Assembly: GCF_000737315.1 (NCBI RefSeq)
Contig: NZ_JMCB01000001.1
Coordinates: forward strand, 124,001-188,000
From: Hyalangium minutum
Lineage (GTDB): Bacteria; Myxococcota; Myxococcia; Myxococcales; Myxococcaceae
Reading direction: 5' to 3'
DNA length: 64,000 nucleotides
The notes beneath the pieces were generated by a model. The model was not told the origin of the DNA. It saw only the letters and a program-made list of their open reading frames with translations, and searched no databases. Each line of letters opens with the position of its first letter. Positions within the stretch are counted from its first letter, which is position 1. A program made the position numbers and the translations under genes. Of the stretch, positions 10,301 to 19,000 are shown one piece after another.

Positions 10301-13300
10301 GCGCGTGCTGGCGGAGCTGCATGCCAGCGAGGCCGCCACGCAGGTGGAGGTCCGCTACCGCAACGGAGAGCGCCACGTGCGTGGGGTGCGGCCAGTACCA
10401 GCCCATGAGGCAGCCGCGGCGATGGGCCCCGCCTTCCGGCAAGGCGGCATCTATCTGATCACCGGGGGCCTGGGCGGCGTGGGCTACGAGCTGGCGAAGT
10501 ACCTGGCCGGGAAGTACCGGGCCCGGCTCGTGCTGACTGGACGCTCGCCGCTGGAGGACGAGCTGCGGCGGAAGCTGTCACACCTGGAGGGTCTGGGCTC
10601 GGACGCCGTCTATGTGCAGGCGGACGTCGTCTCGCGCAAGGACGTGGATCACTGCCTGGCGTACGTGAAGGCCCGCTACTCGGGGCTTCACGGCATCATC
10701 CACTGCGCGGGCCTGCTGAAGGAGGCCACGCTGGCGGACAAGCGCCAGGAGGACTTCGGGACCACCCTCGCCCCCAAGGTGCAAGGGACGCTGGTGCTCG
10801 ATCAGGCCACCCGGGCAGCACCCCTCGAGCTCTTCGTCGTCCTCTCCTCTGTCTCCACGGTGATCGGCACCTCGCTGGCCGCCGACTACGCCACGGCCAA
10901 CCGCTTCCTGGACAGCTTCGCGGCCCTGCGCGAGTCGCTGCGCCAGCGCGGCCAGCGCCAGGGCCAGACGCTGTCGATCTGCTACCCGTACTGGCGCGAT
11001 GGCGGCATGCGGATGTCGCCGGAGAAGGAGGCGCTCGTTCTCCAGGCCACGGGCATGGAGCCGCTCTCCTCCGCGCAGGGAATCCAGGCGCTGGAGACGG
11101 CGCTGGCGCTGGGCCACCAGCAGGGGTTGCCCCAGATCCTCACTGCCTTCGGGGAGCTGGAGAAGATGCAGCGGGCGCTCCAGGCAGCACCGCCGCCCCC
11201 GGCCGCCGCAGCTGCCACGCCGCCGGCCCGGCCCGCCACGCCTCCTGACGCCTCCCAAAGCGCGGCGCTCGAGGCGCGGCTCACGACGGAGCTCGTGGAG
11301 TTGGCGGTGAAGACCTTGCGCCTGCAAGGTACCGTCAACCCTCGCTCCGAGCTGTCCGGGTACGGCTTCGAGTCCATCACCATCCTCGAGTTCACTCAGG
11401 CGTTGAATGCCCGGTACGGGACAGCGCTCTCACCCGCCCTCTTCTACGAGCACCGCACCATCGAAGGCTACGTGCGCTTTCTGCTGAGCAAGCACGCCGC
11501 CACCCTCCTGGGGACCCTCCCCGAACACGCCCCCGCCCCCACTCCTGGGGTGGCCACCAGCCCCGTGCCTTCCTCTGGCCCTCGCGAAGAGCAGTCGGCC
11601 GAGACTCGCCAGGACGAGGCCATCGCCGTCGTCGGCATGGCCGGCGTCTTCCCAGGCTCGCCGGATCTGGAGACGTTCTGGAGCAACATCCAGGCGGGTA
11701 GAGATCTCGTGGGGGAGATTCCACGCGAGCGGTTCCGCTGGGAGGACTTCCACGGCGACGGCGTCCCCGAGGAGCGGCGCATCACCAGCCCCCGAGGAGG
11801 CTTCATCCAGGACGTCGACTGCTTCGATCCGCTGCTCTTCAACTTGTCGCCACTCGAGGCGGAGTTGATGGATCCTCAGCAGCGCATCTTCCTGGAGATG
11901 GTGTGGCGGACGCTGGAGGACGCCGGATACCGGCCTGAGGAGCTGTCCCGGCGGAAGACGGGCGTGTTCGTCGGCGTGTCCAACGTGGACTACCGGGACG
12001 TGCTCGCCGGTGCTGGCCGGATGTCGGAGGTCTACATTACCACGGGGCTGTCCACCTCGCTCATCCCCAACCGCGTCTCCTACCTGTTCGACTGGAGCGG
12101 GCCCAGCGAGCCGGTGGACACGGGGTGCTCGAGCTCTCTGGTAGCCCTCCACCGCGCGATGGCCGCGCTGCGCGCGGGGGACTGTGACGCGGCCGTGGTG
12201 GGTGGCATCAACCTGCTGCTCAGCCCCACGCCCTTCATCGCCTGCAGCCGGGCGGGGATGCTCTCCCCGGACGGCCGGTGCATGACGTTCGACAAGCGCG
12301 CCAACGGCTACGTGCGCGGCGAAGGGGCCGGCGCGCTGCTGCTCAAGCCGCTCTCCCGGGCGCTCGCCGATGGGGACCGCATCCACGCCGTCATCCGCGG
12401 CACCGCCATCAACCACGGCGGCCATGCTCAGGGGCTGACCGTGCCCAACCCCACGGCCCAGTCGCAGGTGCTCATCTCCGTTTACGAGAAGGCAGGGGTG
12501 GATCCCGCGACGCTCGGCTTCATCGAAGCGCACGGGACCGGCACCTCGCTGGGAGATCCCATCGAGGTCAACGGGCTTCGAAAGCTCTTCCAGCACTTCC
12601 ACGGCGACACGAGCCCCGCGGGCGCGCGCTGCGGCCTGGGCACGGTGAAGTCGAACATCGGCCACCTGGAGTCGGCGGCCGGCATCGCCGGGGTGATCAA
12701 GGTCATCCTCTCCCTGAAGCATCGCACGCTGCCCGCCAGCCTCCACTGCCAGGAACTGAACCCCTTCATTGATCTGTCGGGGAGCCCGCTCTACATCGTG
12801 CGGGAGACGCAGCCCTGGGAGGCTCGCGAGGACGCGCAGGGCCAACGCCTGCCACGCCGTGCAGGCGTGAGCTCCTTCGGCTTTGGCGGCGTGAACGCCC
12901 ATGCCTTGCTCGAGGAGTATGTCGAGGCTCCCACCTCCCCGGCCCAGGAGACCCCGCGCCTCATGGGAGGCCAGGAGCTGATTGTCCTGTCCGCCCGGAA
13001 CGCGGAGCGGCTGACCGAGTCGGCGCGGCGCCTGGCCACCTTCCTTCAGCGGGCCGAGGCCTCTGCCCCGCCCTTGGCGGATATCGCCCGAACCTTGCGC
13101 GAGGGCCGGCGTGAAATGGAGCACCGCCTGGCCATCATCGCCAGCTCGGTGGGGGAGCTGCGCGCCCGGCTGGAGGACTTCCTCGCGGGCCAGAAGCACG
13201 CGGCCCTCCTCACCGGAAAGGCCTCCTCCGAGAGCCCCTCGCTCCAGCTGATGGAGGAGAGCGAAGAGGGGCGGGCTTTCATCGCCAGCCTGGTCCGCAA

Positions 13301-16043
13301 GGGGGCAGCCGTTGAGCTCGGCAAGCTCTGGGTCCAGGGTGCCTCGCTCCCCTGGTCAGCCCTGGGCCCGGCAGGGGCCCGTCGAGTCGTGTCCCTGCCG
13401 GGGTACCCCTTCGCCCGGGTACGCTGCTGGCCTCGACAGAAGAGCCCTGCCTTGCCCGTGAGCCCTTCCCCCACGCGCCCAGCCCCTCCACCCGTGCCCC
13501 CTGTGGCAGTGGCGCCTGTGGCCGTGACGCCTGCCGCGTCGCGGGAGGCTGAGCCATCTCCCATGCCCCCCTCGCTCGCCAGCCAGCGGCCCATCACCCG
13601 CTACGCCAGCGTACGAGAGGGGCTGCGTGAGTACCTGCGTGCCGTGCTCGCCCAGGTGCTCATGGTCCCGCTCGAGGAGATCGACGCGGAGACGCCCTTC
13701 CCGAACTACGGCGTCGACTCCCTGGTGGCGATGGACATCGTGAAGCTCCTGGAGCGGGACTTCGGCTCGCTCCAGCGCAGCCTGCTCTTCGAGCACGTCT
13801 CGATCGCGCCTCTGGCGGACTTCCTCGCCACGGAGCACCGCAAGCACAGCGAGGCGCTGTTCGGCCCCAACGCCCAGCACGCACCGCTGGCGCTGGTGGT
13901 CCAGGAGGACGAAGCGCCTCTGGAGGCTCCGCCCGACTCCCTCTCCGCGCCAGAGGCCTCCCCTGCTCCCCTCGCCGTGTCAGAGGCTCCCCCGACGGCG
14001 GCTCCGGTCTATGCCGCGGCGACCCCCGTGCCTCGGGCCCCGCAACCGGGTCCCGGCCCCATGGACATCGCCATCATCGGTGTGGGCGGCGTCTTCCCGG
14101 GCTCGCGGAGCCTGAAGGACTTCTGGCGCAACCTGGAGGAGTGCCGCGATCTCATCAGCGAGGTGCCCGCCGAGCGCTTCGACTGGCGGCCTCACTTCGG
14201 TGACGCCAAGCGCGAGGCCCACAAAAGCGTCACCCGGTGGGCCGGCTTTATCGACGGCGTGGACCGGTTCGACCCGCTCTTCTTCAACATCGCTCCGCGG
14301 GAAGCAGAGCTGATGGACCCCAAGCAGCGCATCTTCCTCGAGGTGGTCTGGCATACGCTCGAGGATGCGGGCTACCGGCCCTCGCAGTTCAAGAAGTCGC
14401 GGACGGGCGTCTACGTCGGGACGACCAGCATGGACTACTACCAGGTCCTGCACGACGCGAACCTCCACGACGACGCCTACGCTCCCTCGGGGCTGGCCCC
14501 GGCAGTGCTGGCCAACCGCGTCTCCTTCCTGCTGGGCCTCCACGGCCCCAGCGAGCCCGTTGACACCGCCTGCTCCAGCTCGCTCGTGGCGCTGCACAAC
14601 GCGGTGCGCGCCATCCAGTACGGGGACTGTGATCAGGCCATCGCCGGGGGCGTCAACGTGCTGCTCACCCCAGACCTCTTCGTCGCCTTCAGCCAAGCCG
14701 GGTTCATGTCACCGGATGGCCGCTGCAAGGCCTTCTCGCGCGAGGCCAACGGCTTCGTCCGGGGAGAGGGCGCGGGGGCCGTGCTGCTCAAGCCCCTGCA
14801 CCAAGCTGTCGCGGACGGCGATCACATCTATGCCGTCATCAAAGGCTCGGGTGTCAACCATGGGGGTGAGGTGCAGTCACTCACCGTTCCGAACCCCTGG
14901 GCCCAGGCGGAGCTCATCGCCTCGGTGCTCGAGCGAGCCGGAGTCGATCCCGAGACGGTGGGCTACATCGAGACTCACGGCACCGGCACCGCGCTGGGTG
15001 ATCCCCTGGAGATCAACGGGCTGAAGCGCGCCTTCTCGCAACTGCTGAACAAGCAGGGCCGCACGCCCTCCCGCACGGGCTTCTGTGCCCTGGGTGCGAT
15101 CAAGAGCAACATGGGCCACCTGGAGGCCGCCGCGGGCATCGCCGGCCTCATCAAGGCGCTGCTGTGCATGAAGTACCGGCGGCTGCCCGGCATCGTCCAC
15201 CTGCGCGAGCCCAATCCGGACATTGATCTGCGCAACAGCCCGTTCTACCTGCTGGACCAGACCCGGCCCTGGGAGCCGCTGCGCGACGCCGAAGGCAACC
15301 CCCTGCCGCTCCGAGCCGGAATCACCTCGCTGGGGTTCGGTGGCTCCAACGCGCACGTGGTGGTCGAGGAGTATGTCCCCCCGTCCGCCGAGCACCGCCG
15401 CGCGGCGACCCCCGCCGAGCCTCAGCTCTTCGTCCTATCTGCCCAGGCCGAGGATCGGCTGCGCGAGTCCGTCGAGCAGTTGCTCTCCCATCTCACGGAC
15501 GAGGGAATCCGGGATGAGGAGCTGGCCGACGTCGCCTGGACCCTGCAGGTGGGCCGGGACGCCCTGCCCGCCCGGCTTGCCGTGGTGGCCACCCGCGCCG
15601 AGGAGCTGAAGGCCCGGCTGCGCGACTGGCTGGACGGACGCGCGGACACGCAGCACGTGCTCTCCGCGACCGTCGCCGTGAGGCGCGGGGGCAAGAAGGG
15701 CTCCACCCCGGGCAATGGCGCGGCGGCCGGCCTGGAGACGGCCCTCGCGGCCCGGGATCTGCCCGGGCTCGCCCAGCTGTGGATCTCCGGTGTGGAGCTC
15801 CCGTGGGCGTCGCTCCACCCGGCCGGTGCACGGCGGCGGGTCGCGCTGCCGGGCTACCCCTTCGCCCGCGAGCGCTACTGGGTGGAGCCGGCGCCCGCGC
15901 CCCTCCGCCTCGTTCCCCAGCCCCAAGCCGTGACCCGCCCGGAGCAGCAGCCGGATCAGAAAGTAGAGCTCCGAGAGCTGCTGCGGCAGCTCAAGCACCG
16001 GGAGCGGTCTGTCGATGAGGTCGCAAACCTGCTGAGGGGCTGA
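7329..16043 (+). CDS. trans-AT type I PKS (2904 aa); docking-ACP-KS-KR-ACP-KS-ACP-KS-docking
   Basis: ACPs GLGS, GFES, GVDS; three KS domains each with Cys-His-His intact (DTACSSS/HGTGT/HLGH; DTGCSSS/HGTGT/NIGH; DTACSSS/HGTGT/NMGH); KR TGGLGGVG..YATAN lacking the LDD aspartate; no AT. Confidence 0.95.
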   Translation: MTERIVSTNSTLQAYTREILEKFVRKELSREEALVLLRSPARPAAEPAAPAVPEEPSLAEATTRYLARQLEELGKAAAPERNFMELGLGSADLLELNTRLERDLRIDLVPTVFFDHSSVGRLADYLARTFPEQLAHALRESPSEVPSAPAPSPAPTPTPTPAPLPTATPLAHTAPSKQPRNEPSGAPGTRTGDIAIIGMAGLFPQSPDLDTFWKNLAAAKDLVEEVPRERWDVAAWYDPTQTQPNRISCKWGSFVPDVDKFDPLFFHISPREAEVMDPQVRLLLQVLYSTAEDAGCVSALRGSHTGMFVGACFRDYDDEMLRRGLPVGPHDGTGNAATMLANRPSFFFDLKGPSLTVDTACSSSLVALHLACQALRRGECDMAFAAGVNLILSPRHYLHFSAMKALSPTGHCHAFDSTADGYVPGEAVAAVLLKPLEQALRDGDPIHAVIKGTSVNHGGYTNSITAPSPAMQAELLLEAWKDAGIDPETLSYIEAHGTGTRLGDPIEVEGLKLAFARHTTKQRFCALGSAKAHLGHTEAAAGLTGLVKVVLSMNRGLIPSMPGFRELNPFIKLEGSPLYINEKPKAWLTPVGAPRRAGVSSFGFGGANAHVVLEEYVQPRPEAASETTGMPLLFPFSARDEVRLRELVERFESFLSRDAGPSLAEVAYTLQTGRATLASRLAIIASSHADLLTALKDFQARREVPLPGLVRVREDGSVLLQAEAAPGEAGLAELAGRWLRGEAVTWPAPASESLRRVSLPTSTFARERYWFEATPGVTGVEPAPAQPQLPPAGAELTWFKPEWFPSALSAPSEVPATAGAVLVFDPDGSFTQQVEAQDRLRGSARAVVRIQPGAEFRRVGPRHYELQPEHAADYERLLDALANDGLRLAGILFFWGKRSRFESPDALLEGLDDALGQGLYPLVRLIQALLPRRKDERIQLLYVYRSGGEEVIAHHEALSGLARAVTAAAPWLNFRLLGMDASGTTPELRVERVLAELHASEAATQVEVRYRNGERHVRGVRPVPAHEAAAAMGPAFRQGGIYLITGGLGGVGYELAKYLAGKYRARLVLTGRSPLEDELRRKLSHLEGLGSDAVYVQADVVSRKDVDHCLAYVKARYSGLHGIIHCAGLLKEATLADKRQEDFGTTLAPKVQGTLVLDQATRAAPLELFVVLSSVSTVIGTSLAADYATANRFLDSFAALRESLRQRGQRQGQTLSICYPYWRDGGMRMSPEKEALVLQATGMEPLSSAQGIQALETALALGHQQGLPQILTAFGELEKMQRALQAAPPPPAAAAATPPARPATPPDASQSAALEARLTTELVELAVKTLRLQGTVNPRSELSGYGFESITILEFTQALNARYGTALSPALFYEHRTIEGYVRFLLSKHAATLLGTLPEHAPAPTPGVATSPVPSSGPREEQSAETRQDEAIAVVGMAGVFPGSPDLETFWSNIQAGRDLVGEIPRERFRWEDFHGDGVPEERRITSPRGGFIQDVDCFDPLLFNLSPLEAELMDPQQRIFLEMVWRTLEDAGYRPEELSRRKTGVFVGVSNVDYRDVLAGAGRMSEVYITTGLSTSLIPNRVSYLFDWSGPSEPVDTGCSSSLVALHRAMAALRAGDCDAAVVGGINLLLSPTPFIACSRAGMLSPDGRCMTFDKRANGYVRGEGAGALLLKPLSRALADGDRIHAVIRGTAINHGGHAQGLTVPNPTAQSQVLISVYEKAGVDPATLGFIEAHGTGTSLGDPIEVNGLRKLFQHFHGDTSPAGARCGLGTVKSNIGHLESAAGIAGVIKVILSLKHRTLPASLHCQELNPFIDLSGSPLYIVRETQPWEAREDAQGQRLPRRAGVSSFGFGGVNAHALLEEYVEAPTSPAQETPRLMGGQELIVLSARNAERLTESARRLATFLQRAEASAPPLADIARTLREGRREMEHRLAIIASSVGELRARLEDFLAGQKHAALLTGKASSESPSLQLMEESEEGRAFIASLVRKGAAVELGKLWVQGASLPWSALGPAGARRVVSLPGYPFARVRCWPRQKSPALPVSPSPTRPAPPPVPPVAVAPVAVTPAASREAEPSPMPPSLASQRPITRYASVREGLREYLRAVLAQVLMVPLEEIDAETPFPNYGVDSLVAMDIVKLLERDFGSLQRSLLFEHVSIAPLADFLATEHRKHSEALFGPNAQHAPLALVVQEDEAPLEAPPDSLSAPEASPAPLAVSEAPPTAAPVYAAATPVPRAPQPGPGPMDIAIIGVGGVFPGSRSLKDFWRNLEECRDLISEVPAERFDWRPHFGDAKREAHKSVTRWAGFIDGVDRFDPLFFNIAPREAELMDPKQRIFLEVVWHTLEDAGYRPSQFKKSRTGVYVGTTSMDYYQVLHDANLHDDAYAPSGLAPAVLANRVSFLLGLHGPSEPVDTACSSSLVALHNAVRAIQYGDCDQAIAGGVNVLLTPDLFVAFSQAGFMSPDGRCKAFSREANGFVRGEGAGAVLLKPLHQAVADGDHIYAVIKGSGVNHGGEVQSLTVPNPWAQAELIASVLERAGVDPETVGYIETHGTGTALGDPLEINGLKRAFSQLLNKQGRTPSRTGFCALGAIKSNMGHLEAAAGIAGLIKALLCMKYRRLPGIVHLREPNPDIDLRNSPFYLLDQTRPWEPLRDAEGNPLPLRAGITSLGFGGSNAHVVVEEYVPPSAEHRRAATPAEPQLFVLSAQAEDRLRESVEQLLSHLTDEGIRDEELADVAWTLQVGRDALPARLAVVATRAEELKARLRDWLDGRADTQHVLSATVAVRRGGKKGSTPGNGAAAGLETALAARDLPGLAQLWISGVELPWASLHPAGARRRVALPGYPFARERYWVEPAPAPLRLVPQPQAVTRPEQQPDQKVELRELLRQLKHRERSVDEVANLLRG

Positions 16044-16083
16044 TCACGCCCCCGAACCGCCGCATGGCCCTGGAAGAGACCGG

Positions 16084-19000
16084 ATGAAGCTCGACAAGAG
16101 ACAGATCCTCCAGCAAGTGGAGAGCGGCGACCTGGAGATCGACCAGGCCGTGGAGCTGCTCGCACGCCTGGGCATCGCCCCCAAGGCCGCGCCGGCCGAG
16201 CCGCTCGGACACGTCTACTACGAGTCGCGCTGGGAGCCGGCCCCGGCTCCAGCGGAGCGCCTCGCGCCGGGGCAGCGGGTGCTGCTCGTCGGAGAGCGCG
16301 AAGCCGCCATGGACGCGCTCCGGGCGGCGCTCACCGGACACGAGGTCGTCTCCGTCCTCCCGGGGACGGGCTTCCGGAGGCTCGCGGCCGATCAATATGA
16401 GGTGGACCTGGGCAGCGAAGAGCACGGCGCAAGGCTCCTGGCCGAGCTCGCCGGGGCCGGGTTCTTCCCCACGCAGGTACTGCACCTGTGGCGAGGTGGC
16501 CCCGACGCGTCGCTGGAAGAGGCCAGCGACGCGCGAGCGTTGGAGACGGGCGTCCACGCGGCGTTCACGCTGGTGAAGGCGCTGCTCGCGCAGGCCCCCA
16601 AGCAGGAGCTCACCCTGCTGTCCGCGTGTCTGGGTCCCGGAGGCGCGCCCGCGTGCGCCGCCGTGGCGGGCTTCCTGGCCGTGGCGGAGCAGGAGAACCC
16701 GAAGCTTCGGGGCAAAACGGTCCACATGCGGGAGCCCTCCCCCACCGTGGCCGCGGAGCTCCTTCTGGCAGAGCTGCCGAGCCTGTCCGAGGCCGAGGTC
16801 CGCTACGACGCGAACGGCCGCCAGGCACGCCGCCTTGCCGAGCTGACGATCCCCGACGTGGAGACGCCCGGCCCGCTGCGGCAGGGCGGCGTGTACCTGA
16901 TCACCGGAGGCGCGGGTGGGCTCGGGTTGCTGTTCGCCCGGCACCTGGTGGCCACGGCGGGCGCCCGGCTCATCCTCACGGGGCGCAGCCAGCGACCTTC
17001 CGCGCAGCAAGAGCAGCTCTTCCGAGAGCTGGAGACGCTCGGAGGCCAGGTGGTGTACTGCCCGGCGGACGTCACCGTGCTGGCGGACATGGAGCGGGCC
17101 GTGCGGCTCGCCCGGGAGCGTTTCGGGAGGCTCGACGGGGTTCTCCACGCAGCGGGCGTCCTCGAGGACGCCTTCCTCGTCCGCAAGTCGTGGGACTCCT
17201 TCCAGCGGGTCCTGGCCCCCAAGACCCATGGCGTCCTCGCGCTCGATCACGCCACGCGAGAGGAGGCGCTTGATTTCTTCGCGCTCTTCTCTTCCACGGC
17301 GACGGTGCTGGGCCGTGCCGGCCAGGCGGACTACGCTGCGGCCAACCATTTCATGGACGAGTTCGCCGCCGCGCGAAACGCCCAGGTGGCCGAGGGCCGT
17401 AGGACGGGCCATACCGTGAGCATCGCCTGGCCGCTGTGGCAGGGCGGCGGGATGAACATCTCGGAGGCCGACCGGGAGACGATGGAGCGCATCACGGGCA
17501 TGACCGTGATGGGTGCGGAGGAGGGCTTCACGGCGTTCACCCACGCCCTGCGCAGTGGCCGCTCCCTGGTCGCTGTCCTCTACGGGCGCGGAGCCCGCAT
17601 CCGCGACTTCATCGAGCGCCGAGGCTCACGCAAGCCCGCGCCGGCTGCTCCCGCGCCTCGGGCGGGTGCCCCGCGGGACCGGGCGGAGCTGGCACGCGGC
17701 GCGGAGGAGTACCTGCTGGAGCTCATCTCGCGAGAGACGCGCCTGCCGCGCCAGCGCATCGACGTGAAGCAGGGCCTGGATGCGATCGGCCTGGACTCGA
17801 TGCTGATCAACCGGCTGAACGTGCTCCTGGAGGACCCTTTCGGTTCCCTCTCCAAGACGCTGTTCTTCGAGTACCAGAGCATCCGTGAGCTGGCGGGCTA
17901 CTTCTCCGAGCACCACACCGAGGCGCTCGCCGCGCTCCTCTCCCCCGCGTCCTCCTCCGAGGCCCCGCCTGCGGCGGAGGAGCCCACCCAGAGCCCCGAG
18001 CGATCCCCTGCCCCTGCTCCCGTGCAACAGGCCCCGGCGGCCCCGGTCACCGGGGACATCGCCATCGTCGGGCTCAGCGGCAGGTATCCGGACGCCGAGG
18101 ACCTGCAGGAGTTCTGGGAGAACCTGGCCCAGGGGCGCAACAGCGTGGGCCAGGTCCCGCGGGAGCGCTGGGATCTGTCGCGCTATCCGGGCCTGGAGCT
18201 GAACACCCGGGAGCGGCAGGGCCTCCAGTGGGGCTCCTTCCTGCGCGAGGTGGACACGTTCGACCCGCTGTTCTTCAACATCGCGCCCAGGGACGCGGAG
18301 GTGATGGATCCGCAGGAGCGCCTCTTCCTGGAGACGGCCTGGTCGGCGCTGGAGGATGCGGGCTACTCGCGGCCGGAGCTCCAGCGCACGAGCCGCGAGG
18401 GAGACGAGAGCGCGGTAGGCGTCTTCGTCGGCGTCACCTTCGGCCAGTACCAATCCATTGGCGTGGAGGAGTGGGGACACGGCAACTACATCAGCCCGGG
18501 CTCTTCCTTCTGGTCCATCGCCAACCGGCTCTCCTACGTGTTGAACGTGAACGGGCCGAGCATGCCCGTGGACACCGCGTGCTCCGCCTCGCTCACGGCG
18601 GTGCACATGGCCTGCGAGAGCCTGCGCCGGGGCGATTGCCGGGTCGCCGTCGCGGGTGGAGTGAACCTGAACATCCACCCGGCCAAGTACGTGGCCCTGG
18701 CGCGGCTCAAGTTCCTCTCCACCGAGGGCAAGTGCCGCGCCTTTGGCGATGGAGGAGATGGGTACGTGCCCGGTGAGGGCGTGGGCGCCGTGGTGCTCAA
18801 GCCGCTCGCCCAGGCGGAGGCAGATGGGGACCACATCTACGCCGTCATCAAGGGCAGCACCATCAACCACGGGGGCAAGACGAATGGCTATACCGTCCCC
18901 AACCCCAAGGCCCAGGCCAGCCTCGTCTCTCGCGCGCTGCGCACCGCGGGGGTCAACGCGCGCACCGTGGGCTACGTGGAGGCCCACGGCACGGGCACGT

